Below are positions 52,601 through 64,000 of a stretch of 64,000 nt of DNA, in pieces. The position numbers and the translations under genes are program-made. Each line of letters starts with the position of its first letter. Position 1 is the stretch's first letter. This DNA comes from Octopus vulgaris (Eukaryota), in the NCBI GenBank assembly GCA_951406725.2, contig OX597837.1, positions 22,320,001 to 22,384,000 of the forward strand, in the 5' to 3' direction. Below the pieces are notes generated by a model that ran no database searches, was not told the DNA's origin, and was given only the letters and a program-made list of their open reading frames with translations.

Positions 52601-53194
52601 GAGAAATCAACAGTACAATTCATCAACAACTATGATATTCCTATAATATATACATATATATATATATATTGTATGTATGTGTGTGTATATATATATATAT
52701 ATATATTTATATATGCTATACATAACATATATGTATCTTACATGTATGTAAATATATCATATACACATGTGTGTATAAGTAATATATTTCTTTGTATACA
52801 TATATATATATCCACACACACACGTGTGCATATCGCTCGTTCATTTCCTCGTTGTATAATCACATAGCTGTACAGGCACAAAGTATGAATTGTTAACAGG
52901 AGAGACTGACATCACAGCTCCTTGCACTTTCATACACGCAAGCAGAATCGCACACACAAACACACAATAATAAATGCAACAATCTCTTTTACGTTCCCAT
53001 CTAGCAAATCCACTAACGCCTGGCCAAAGTGCTGCACAGTGAGACTAACCCTGAAAGCACCTAGTTGCAAAGCTAACTTCTCAATCATATACTTACGCCT
53101 GCACTGCATCTACTAACATACAAGTAATACCTGTATAAAGATATATAGGTATATCTCTACATGTGCATTTGTGTCTTTGAGTAAGAGTGCCTAC

Positions 53195-53847
53195 TTCAAT
53201 ATCCTCGTGAAAGACCTGAGAGACCTCCATTGGGTGGATGTAGGTGTCTTCAACTGAGAAGGGAACCACATCCAAGAAGGGAACTTCATGGGAAAAAGGT
53301 TCTTCTCTCTATCTAGTGGGATTGCAAAGAAGTAATTCACTTTGAATTGTGACCACCTAATGCAACAATCAATGCTCAAATCTACTGTCAGCAATGAGAG
53401 CACTTGAACCAAGCTTTGAAGAAAAAAAAGACCCGCTTTAGTGAATCGAAAAGGAGTAATGTTACATCAGGACAATGCGCGACCCCACACTGCAAAGATC
53501 ACGTCATAGAAGATCGAAGAGCTTGGTTGGGAAAAAATTCCTCATCCACCTTATTCTCCCAACCTTGCTCCTTCAGACTACCATTTGTTTCATAGTTTAT
53601 AGAATCATTTGGGGGACATAACTTTCGCAAGCCAGGAGGGGAGGGGGGGCAAACTAACATTTCAGAGTTCTTCACTCTGAAACCAAAAGAGTTTTACACT
53701 GATGGGATTAAAAAGCTTGTAAATAGATGGAAGGAAGTCATAGATAATTAGGGAAAGTACACTGATGATTAAATTTCAATTAAATATTACATTTGATCAA
53801 TTGTTTTCTTTATTCAAAATTCAGACAGAACTTATGGGATGACCTGT
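53195..53847 (+). mobile_element. mariner transposase pseudogene, 3' half with TIR
   Basis: ELHGKKVLLSI.WDCK, LHQDNARPHTAK, PHPPYSPNLAPSDYHLF, FYTDGIKKLVNRW, with stops and frameshifts. Confidence 0.9.
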
Positions 53848-54337
53848 CCCAGAAAGTGCTCGACAACCGGTGTTGGTGTGTATACATCCCCATAACTCAG
53901 TAGTCCAGCAAAAGAAAGCGAAAGAACAAGTACCAGGCTTTACAACAAAAAAAAAGAGTACTGGGTTGATTTGGTTGATCAAAAACTCTTTACGGTGGTA
54001 CCCCAGCATGGCTGCAGTCTAATGGCCAAAACTCAAAAGACAAAAGATATATATATAAATGTGAGAGATCCCTGGTTATTGTCACAGCAGCCTCCTAAGA
54101 GGTCACTTTGATGTAAAACGTGTGGTTTCACAAGATTAGATCTGTCTCACTTCAGGCTGTCACTAGGTACTAATCACTGAGTCAGAGGGCGGTACTTATC
54201 TTTTACAACTGTTTACAACTATGCTTCAAACAATGCAGATCTGCAGCAAGACTGAATAGTCAACTGAGTGGTCATGGTCAGAAATACCCTTGAAAAAGCA
54301 CAAGGAGACAGCAATCACTCGCGAAGACGGGATAACC

Positions 54338-54376
<39 letters not shown>

Positions 54377-54742
54377 TAGGTGAATATATATATATATATA
54401 TATAAGTAGGTGAATGAATTATCCTAGTATGGAAAATTCGGTTAACCGATACCTGGGTAGCAAATTCACGTCAGAAAACACGGTTGAAGCTACATATCAA
54501 GGGTAGAAACCCTGTGCTCCATTCTTTCATTTATTCATATATATATATCTATCTATCATACACACACATACATATATATATATTTATTTATATATATATG
54601 TATATATGTATGTGTGTATATATATATATTTATATACATATGTATATATGTCTGTGTATGTATATATATATTTATGCATATGTATATACATCTATGTGTA
54701 TATGTATATATATATATATATATTTTTATGTATGTATGTATG

Positions 54743-54781
<39 letters not shown>

Positions 54782-54836
54782 ATGCATGATGATTGCTTCA
54801 TCTTGTCAGATGATAGCCATCCCATCAACATGTGTG

Positions 54837-54873
<37 letters not shown>

Positions 54874-55495
54874 TGGCAGATCAGACTAGAGTCTGTTGCA
54901 GCTGCTGGCTCTCCAGACCTCAGTCAAACAATCCAATCCATGTCAGCATGGAAAATGGACGTTAAACGATGGTGATTATGATGATGACATATCCATATGT
55001 ATATATACATGTACATATATATATAAACATACACACATATATACATACAGAAACATACATGCGCACGTGTGTGTGTGTATACAGAGAAAAAGAGAGAGAT
55101 TTCAGTGTACAAGAAAGAACAAAAGTACTCTATACATACGACTATAAGATATATATGTATTTTCTGATGAGCTTAAAGTAACCATATGTGTGTATATACA
55201 TAGAAATCATATGTGTGTGTGCATATATGCCTAGGGTAGTGTACATACACATAGACACACAAATAGAAATACACATACATGTGTGTGAGTGTATTCATAT
55301 ATATATATATATATATATATGTGGCACGTAAAAAACACCCACTACACTCGCGGAGTGGTTGGCGTTAGGAAGGGCATCCAGCCGTAGAAACACTGCCAAA
55401 TCTGACTGGGCCTGATGAAGCCTTCCGGCTTCACAGACCCCAGTTAAACCGTCCAACCCATGCTAGCATGGAAAACGGACGCTAAATGATGATGA

Positions 55496-55541
<46 letters not shown>

Positions 55542-55747
55542 GAAACGTACAGAAAACAAAAGACAAAGATAGGTGAGGTACCAACAAGCAGATATATATA
55601 TGTGAACTTAACAACATATATGTAAATCTCTATTAATTCTGCGATAAATTATAGGACTCAATATAAATGCATTCTTTAATATGTGTGATCATCAGCTGGA
55701 AACAAGCAACTGAGAGTCCTGGAAATCAAGGCCTTTCAGTTGTAATA

Positions 55748-56326
55748 ATGTATGTGTGTCTGTGTGTTTGGGGTTACTCTAACTCCTTCCACACCGTCCA
55801 ACCGATTTTAATGATTTTTGGCACATAGGTAGATTACATGTCCGGAAGTTCAAATAAGGCCGGAGTTTTTCGAAAACTCGATAATGCTCAGTTGACATCA
55901 ATTTTTGTGACCTCAATCGAGCGTTTGTACAGAAATCTCCATAACAATGTTATTTTCCCAGCAGCTTTTGCATAGTCAATGGGATATTTTCATGTAAATG
56001 ATCACATGGATTCTATTTTATGACATAACCTGAACACTTTTTTCGAGGTTTGCTGAGACTGGAGATGCTGATCAATTTTGCACAGAAGGTGGCATTAAGG
56101 GGAGAGAAATAAACAAACATCACTCTACAGTTTGACTGCAATTTCAGATGGTCCAGTTTGTAGGAATATGTTGAAATCGTTAACTAGGTAAAATCCCTGC
56201 CAATCCAGATATAACATCTTAATGAGTAATAGTTGGCACAGGGAACTTAAAAGGTTTCAACACAGGTCAGAGGTGGGCTTAACTTCAACACAGAAAACAC
56301 GAGCACTGCCAGGTCCAACAGCTAGT
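55748..56326 (+). mobile_element. Non-autonomous Helitron-like element
   Basis: 5' (TGTC)-type microsatellite with ccgattttaatgatttttggcac. 3' degenerate GC hairpin followed by CTAGT. Confidence 0.5.
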
Positions 56327-56561
56327 GTGTATATATATATATATATACGCACACACATAAAGATATATATGTATATATAAAGATATATATATATAGACGC
56401 ACACATAAAGATATATATGTATATATATGTATATGTGTGTGTGTGTATATATATATATATATAGACACATATATATATACATATAAATACATATATATAT
56501 ATATACATATAAATACATTATATATATATATATAGACACATATATATATACATATAAATAC

Positions 56562-56646
<85 letters not shown>

Positions 56647-56685
56647 ATATATATATATATATATATATATAAAGCTATGTATATA

Positions 56686-56811
56686 CAGGGTGATCCAAAA
56701 GTCGGCATACATAAGAACAATTTATTTTTTTATAAGAAAGTTTTTTTTATTTAACTGTTTCTTATAAATAACTAAATTTTTCCTATGCATGGTGACTTTT
56801 GAATCACCCTA
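56686..56811. mobile_element. Tc1/mariner MITE in a TA tract
   Basis: TIR CAGGGTGATCCAAAAGTC / GACTTTTGAATCACCCT, with TA flanks. Confidence 0.8.
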
Positions 56812-56865
56812 TACATATATATATATATAAATAAAGACATTATATATAAATGAAACATTACATAT

Positions 56866-57990
56866 ATATTGTTGTATTTGGGGATGGTCATGTTGCCAGT
56901 TTAGCCAAAACACACACACTATATATTTGGTGTTAATTTGCTTCAGCTTTATTTAATTTTTTTACATTACTGAATCAATAGAACCTACCCTTTTAGTAGA
57001 ACGCCCTGTACTGATAGGAACTGTACTGTATGTAGATTTAGCCCACAAACAAACTGTGAAGCCAGAAATGTAGTCTATAGTATATGATGTACAGAGGGAC
57101 GGTGCAGTAACAAGACAACAACATACGTAGGGGAAACAGCATGGAGCATAGGAGAGCGGGTAAATGAACATTGGAGGGAACTTCAGGAAGAGAAGAGCTG
57201 ATTGGTTCTGTACCAGCATGCCGAGCAGGAACACAGGGGCTCACTCAACAACATAGAAACTAAAATCTTGTCCACACATAGAACAGACGCAATGCTTAGA
57301 CAAATTACAGAAGCTACACAAATAATAGAAGATAAATCTAGCCTGAATAGGAAACTAGAATGGAACACTAGCACACACAACCAACACACTACAACATATG
57401 ACAGAATAAGATCCCTTAAACTGATAACAATATGAACAAAATAGAATACAATACACAGATAAACAAATGGAATTCAATAACTATATACGTTAACAAAATT
57501 AAATTAAATTAAATACAAAAAAAAAGAAAGAATAGGAAAAATAATAAGTGGGTTATAAACACGAACAAAATAAATAAAAACAAATTAAACGGACGTGTAT
57601 AAACAGGGGATACAGATAATGCTGCATTCCCCCACACACACACACGCACTTACTAAACATAGACACACATAGGGGTATATGCATGCGCAAATAAAGACAC
57701 ATACAATAGGAATACAAAATACAAAATGGCTGATTGTTAGTAAGGAAAGACACACAAATGAGAAAGAAGAAAGCAAAGGACCACTGATGAGGTCACAGAA
57801 GTGTGACAAAAGAACTCTAGCTAAAATACGATTAATGTAAAATATGAAATAAAGCTGAATCAAATTAACACCAAATATATAGTACGTGTGTTTTATTGGC
57901 TCAACTGGCAACATGACCATCCCCAAATACAACAATATCTGTTTCAACACACGATTTCACATCAAGAATCTTGCAAAATGGATATATAAA
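56866..57990 (+). mobile_element. Penelope-like retroelement 3' fragment: GIY-YIG endonuclease pseudogene, inverted pLTR, hammerhead remnant
   Basis: 57004-57435 translates PCTDRNCTVC...NCEARNVVYSI*C...TYVGETAWSIGERVNEH...LRQITEATQI...LNRKLEW. Inverted arms at 56866-56968 and ~57832-57938. CTGATGA-G-GTCAC..GTGAC at 57784-57807. Confidence 0.88.
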
Positions 57991-58094
57991 TATAATTATA
58001 TATGTATATATATATAGACATTATACATTATATATATACATATATATGCCTTTATATACATATATATAAGACACATATAGACATATAAATATAT

Positions 58095-58440
58095 ATAAAA
58101 TTGAAAATGGAGAGGTGAGTGGAGATTTAGTCATATCCTAAACATTTTGTTAAAAAAGTTTCTTCAGCATATATAACAATGACCAACATGTTTCAATTGC
58201 AGCAACTGCACATTCCTCCATATGCAATTATGTATCCTAGTCACTGCAATTTCATCAAGGGTCCATCACTTACAATGTGTTTAAAGTGAACTAATTCAAA
58301 CAAGCCTCCAGTGTTACTTTTTAAACAAATTGAATTCTGATCTTATAATCACCTCTACTGGTATTACAGTTGAATCGTGGTTTATAAAATGTTCATTTAT
58401 ATAACGATCAATTGTAGCAATTTTGTTATATTTCACTGTA
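58095..58440 (-). mobile_element. Probable PLE 3' end with hammerhead-like motif at 58181-58264
   Basis: Minus strand: GACC-C-TTGATGA-AATTGCAG...CTGCAATT-GAAA-CATGT-T-GGTC. Just upstream is YKPRFN, resembling a PLE ORF end. Confidence 0.55.
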
Positions 58441-59239
58441 TGGTGTATGTTATTTATTCAGAGGTAATTCACTTATGTTTGGGTTAATACCCTTAATATT
58501 ACCATTGCACTCCGGTTGGGTTGACCTTTGCGATCACCCCAAATGTGGGCGACTTGGGTGCACTATTTCTACGTGTGGGGTCTGTGTTCGCGCTCACCCC
58601 ATAAATCAAACAAAGAACAGATTATTATTGTTATTATCACTAAAATTATTTCAGTATTATTTGCAAAAATGTGATTAATTTTCACAGATCTGTCTGTCTA
58701 TCTATCTATTTATTTATCTGTCTATCTATTTATCTGTCTATCTATCTATCTATCATAAACATACAGAGGCCTCCAGTTCATCAGGTCCTATCAAACCGTT
58801 CATCTGTGCCAGCATGGAAGATGGACATTAAATGATGATACATACTCACATACATACATATATGCAAACAAATACAGACAAATACATTGAAATACATCTA
58901 CATATACAAATAAATGTATACATACACACACACACAAACACACATACTTTAGATGCAGATATGTCTGTGAAACTCAGAAGTTTGCTTCCCAACCACATGG
59001 TTCTAGGATCAGTCCCACTGCATGGCATCTTAAGCAAGTGTCTTCCATAGAGCAAAATTGAAAGAAACGTGTTGCGCGCGCGCATGCGTATGTGTGTGTG
59101 CGTGTGAGAGAGAGGGCATGCTTGTCTTGACCTCATGTCACTGTCATACAAGCAGTGTCAGTCATTTCCAATATTCTTCAACACACAAACACACACACAT
59201 ACACTCATCGATCTTAATATATATATATGTATATATATA

Positions 59240-59464
59240 CAATTGCAGAGTGGAAGGTGTTTATAAGCCATTTAAGAAACACACAAAAACCGTTAGATTC
59301 ACTTCAACATTTAAATTTAATTTGTCAAAATATTTTCGTCGCTTTGAGACCATGACCTGTTGCAACGAAAATATTTTGACAAATTAAATTTAAATGTTGA
59401 AGTGAATCTAACGGTTTTTGTGTGTTTCTTAAATGGCTTATAAACACCTTCCACGCTGCAATTG
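59240..59464. repeat. Foldback: 100-bp arms (1 mismatch), 25-nt loop, plus ~60-bp 3' tail
   Basis: 59240-59339 is the reverse complement of 59365-59464. The element with its tail sits between (TA)n tracts. Confidence 0.95.
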
Positions 59465-60229
59465 TTTTCGTTCCAGCACACAATCTCAGATCAGGTCACT
59501 TGCTATGCAAGTACATCTCCGTAATATATATATATATATATATATATACATACACACATACAAACACACATAATCTAACACTTAAATACAAACATATAAC
59601 ACACATACATATAAATACACACAATAATGAGTTTCTTGCATACAGTACTCAGTTGCACCTACAACTTGCCATAAAGGGTTAAAAGAGGATGACACAAAGC
59701 ATAGACAGCAATGAATGCTAGAAGTACTTGCACAGTACACAATAAAACACAAAAGCTGGAAAAGTGAACATTAAGAGAATCATAAGGAAAGGGTGCATAG
59801 GCACATCTGGAGTAGTATTGCCAAATTCTAAGATGCCGCTAACTGACATTGGTAGTTTGTTCCATGGTTTGACAGTTCTAACATGATTCTAGAAGTCACG
59901 GGTGCTGTTTATTCATTTTTTTTCTTTTTTTTTTTTGCTTTTATAAAAATGTTCATGAGAGGTAGAGGTATTGAATTCAAATTAGTAGCTAAAATTGTTA
60001 TTGGCGAGATAGGGAATAATCTTGTGGGTTTCCACCAAGTCAGCTGTGAGACATCAAAACATTAGTATGTTGATACCCAAAGAAGCAATATGCTCATGAC
60101 ATGATGACTGTTGTGTGTCTCAGGACAGCTACCAGTATATTAATATTCTTAAGCTCTGTGTTGTGAGGGGACTAGGTAAATTCCAGGTTTTTCCTCCAAA
60201 AACATATAGGGGTGAAGTTGTTTATAGCC

Positions 60230-60960
60230 AGTCTGAGCCATCAGTCAACAATCCATTACTGCATTGTGTCCAATAAAGATCTGTAGCATATAAGATCCGT
60301 TCTTTTTACCACATGGTACTGCTTAATGTTGTTTGTGTATTTTAATGCAGTAACATACTTCAAGTTGGCATTAGTTCACTAATGTATGTAGCATATAACA
60401 CAGGACCAAGAACAGATCCCTGTAGGACACCAGATGTCATCATATAAGGTGCAGAATGCTGTCCTAGTACCATAACTACCTCTTCTCTATCATGAATGAA
60501 GGACTTCAACCATTTATAAAGATTAGATTTCATGCTCATTGCAGAGAGCTTTGCCCTAAGTCATTTTTGTGATACAGAAATAAAAGCATTGGGGAAGTTG
60601 TGGAGTCACTAATGTGACTCATGAGATATCTTCAAGAAATTCAGTGAGTTGGTCACAACAGCAGGAATTAGGAATAAATCCAAATTGTGAGAATACAGCC
60701 TGACCGGATAAATCATTAGGTGAATTTGCTCATGTTACTGTAATGAAATCATGGTCAATACTTCTAATGAATGGGTCAACAAGATGAACATTACTGCTTA
60801 AACTTTAGACATTTACACACAGTAATTGATTTAGAAGCAGATTTATTGGGGATGGCATATTATTATTAATTTTCTCGAGGCTTTTGCATTATTGCCCATT
60901 TCTGGATCAGTATCTTCAGACCAGCTCGCAGCCTCTTTCACGTCTCACTTTTCTAAATCT
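60230..60960 (-). mobile_element. CR1/L2-type reverse transcriptase remnant
   Basis: Minus strand YKWLKSFIHDREEVVMV...TSGVLQGSVLGPVLYATYI (RT SGVPQGSVLGP motif). Decayed. Confidence 0.8.
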
Positions 60961-61115
60961 AGCCATCATCACATAGACTAAAACACTCATCTGGTGCTGA
61001 ATCATGGATCAAGAATGATACAACACACAGCTTCACGCATATATCAAGTGTTAAAGACACACACACACATGTATACACATACATGCATACTGAAACATAC
61101 ATATATATATTTATG

Positions 61116-61165
<50 letters not shown>

Positions 61166-62342
61166 TATATACACATATATATATATATACACACACACAT
61201 ATATATATATATACACATACATAGGTACATACATATATACACACAGAATTACATAAGCATACAAACACATACAGAATTACATTAACATACATATATACGT
61301 ACACACATACATACAAAAATAGACATACACACATACATATATATATATATAGACATATATATACACACACACATATGTAAACATACACACATACATGTAT
61401 TAGGACATTTTTACATATGTACATACATACACAAAGATACATGTATACATATATATATTTATATTTACATGTCTATATATACATACATATATTTATATGT
61501 ACACATATATGCATATATCTACATATATATTTATATATACATACATAGACATCTAGCTACATATACATATATTAACATCATCATCATCATCCTCATTTAA
61601 CTCGCAAATTCCACACTGGCATATAGCTTGGGACATTCTACCATCTTCTGATGGATCCAAGGACTACAACATGGTTTCTAGGTCTGGATGCTCCTCCAAA
61701 TGCCAACAGCTTTACAGTGTGTACTGGGTGCCTTTTTCACGTCACTACCACTATCAAGATTGCCATGCAGCTTGCAAGACTTACAAACCCTGGTGGGTCA
61801 GCTTTATGTTAGGGGGCAAGGGGCTGAAGTATGCGAAAAAGCGAAAAAGCAGAGAGGATTGTTCTACAAGAGCTGCATGGCTATTCACATTTAACAGGAG
61901 AGGAATCAATAGGATCTATAGGGCCTTCAAAGAGATAGATATTAGAGACGAGATGTCTCACTGGCCTGGGAGTTTGCAAGATCATATGGGGGAAGAGATA
62001 TGGGGATGAGGAAGCAGCCAGCATCTGTAAAAATTGGGTCAAGAGTTGGGGAAGTAGTGTGATGCCAAGGAGATTGCAAAGGGGGAGGTAGTAATTACAA
62101 CAGATGACAAGACATATATATATATATGTATGTATGTGTGTATATATACACACATGCACGTATACATATATACATCATGTATATACACTCACACACACAC
62201 ACATATAAACAGACATAGCTCTGTAATTAAGACACTTGCTTTGCAACTACATGGTTTCTGGTTCAATCCCACCATGTGACACCTTGGGTAAGTAACCAAT
62301 GCCTTGTAAGTGAAACTCAAAATGTTTGTGTGTGTGTGTATA

Positions 62343-62380
<38 letters not shown>

Positions 62381-62574
62381 TACAATGGTTGTGTGTGTGT
62401 GTATCTCTGTGTTTGTTCCCTAACACCACTTGACAACCAGTTTGCATTTATCTGTCTCAATAACCTAGCTTTTCAGCAAGAGACCAATAGAATAAGTAGG
62501 CAACTAAAAAAATAAATGCTGGGGTCAATTTCTTTAACTAGACCCTTGAAGGTGATGCCCAAGCATGGCTAATA

Positions 62575-62921
62575 CAAGGAACCAGACAAAAATTGCTGCA
62601 GCTCGGCTGGGATGTGTTACCCCACCCTCCATATTCACCAGATATTGCCCCTTCGGATTTCCACTTATTCAGGTCTCTGCAGAATAGTCTTAATGGTAAA
62701 AATTTCAATTCCTTGAATGATGCAAAAAGATACCTTGATGAATTCTTTGCCATGAAACCACCTCAATTCTGGGAAAAGGGTATTTTCAAGTTAAAGGATA
62801 GATGGAGATGCATTGTGCAACAAAATGGTTTATATTTGGTTGATTAAAATGTAATGGCAAGTATTTATTGACCTTTTTCTTTCCTTTAAAAATCAGCACA
62901 AACTTTCCGGCCAACCCAATA
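62575..62921 (+). mobile_element. mariner transposase C-terminal fragment with 3' TIR
   Basis: LGWDVLPHPPYSPDIAPSDFHLFRSLQNSL...GIFKLKDRW. TIR-like end aaactttccggccaacccaa-TA. Confidence 0.92.
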
Positions 62922-63084
62922 CATCCAGATACCTCTTCCTGTGCTAACCCTCACTTGTCTTCTAGCAAGCTAATATTTCCCAATGACTGGACATGTTTAC
63001 ATTGAATTCTAGAGCAAATGACACTACTTGCATGATTGATGACACTCAAAACTATCACATGATGTCAAAACAAGGAGACACAAA

Positions 63085-63120
<36 letters not shown>

Positions 63121-63434
63121 CAATGAGCTTCTTTCTATCAAGGAATCCACTCCTAAGGTTTTAATCAGCCCAGGATTATATATATATAGTAGAAGACACT
63201 TGCCCAAGGTGTCATACACTGGGACTGAACCCAAAACCATGTAGTCAGGAAACAAGCTTCTTAACCACACAGATATGCCTGCACCTCTACCCAATGTATA
63301 TGCATATTGTTGATGTATGCCACCATCATATTAATATTACATATGTATGTGTATACATAGACATCTAATATATTTTACACACAAATATATGTATCTATAT
63401 AATGTACATATATATTTATGCATCCATGTGTACA

Positions 63435-63469
<35 letters not shown>

Positions 63470-64000
63470 ATATAATTCTTTGTTCTACAGGTTTGTACAA
63501 TGAAAAGAGTCTAAAATATGCTAAAGGTAAGAATCAAACCTGAATACGCAATCAAAATATTCATTGTTTTGTGCTTACATGCTTAGATCAAAGTCACACC
63601 AAGTCTAGCTTCTGTGAACAGTGTTTCCTTCTTTTAATGGCAACTTGGTACAGATTGGAGGTAAACAGTTGAAGGAAGACCCATAGAAGGAAAAGCAGTT
63701 GTGATTTCAATACAGGATGGCACACGGTTCAGTAAAGCCTTTCTCATATAATTACTCACAGTGGTAGTAAAGGTTCTATTGCAGTTACTGCTAAGGTAAA
63801 TGCCATTGATACTCATTTGTGATAACATAATGTCACTTAGTATGTGTATATGTATGTACACCCCCCACCATAATACGTATATATTCATGTGTGTCTATGT
63901 ATACATGTATATATGTGTATATGCATGTGTGTGTGTATATATATATACATACATATATATATATATACACACACACACACATATGTGTATATGCATGTGT

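Noticed and set aside
55160-55185. CTGATGAG hammerhead core
   Set aside because: No stem II followed by GAAA. At best a truncated relic.
62593-62847. Intact-looking 84-aa mariner ORF as an active or domesticated transposase
   Set aside because: Only the C-terminal fragment is present. It is fused to a SINE upstream and has no real start or splice signals.

Overview
AT-rich, microsatellite- and transposon-dense eukaryotic DNA. The SINE, CR1, Penelope and microsatellite landscape is typical of a cephalopod, most likely Octopus (inference). The whole window appears to lie inside one minus-strand gene, DOT1L (H3K79 methyltransferase). Six GT-AG exons (30830-30624, 22008-21876, 20914-20792, 19939-19808, 17940-17849, 15970-15869) splice in compatible phases into a stop-free 263-aa stretch covering the post-catalytic basic region and the first coiled coils. 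I did not find the catalytic or C-terminal exons, which implies introns of >33 kb upstream and >15.8 kb downstream. The introns hold tRNA-derived SINEs, RTE and CR1 LINE remnants, Chapaev3, mariner, hAT, piggyBac-type and Helitron-like DNA elements, and many Penelope-like (PLE) pieces. The most unusual signals are: (1) several minimal hammerhead-ribozyme-like motifs with non-canonical cores, including a compact one on the DOT1L sense strand with an apparent A3-U8 swap of the C3-G8 pair; (2) several long foldback hairpins; (3) nine piggyBac-type MITEs all in one orientation. Nearly all ORFs in the supplied track are microsatellite or repeat artefacts. All calls were made by eye; no database searches were run.
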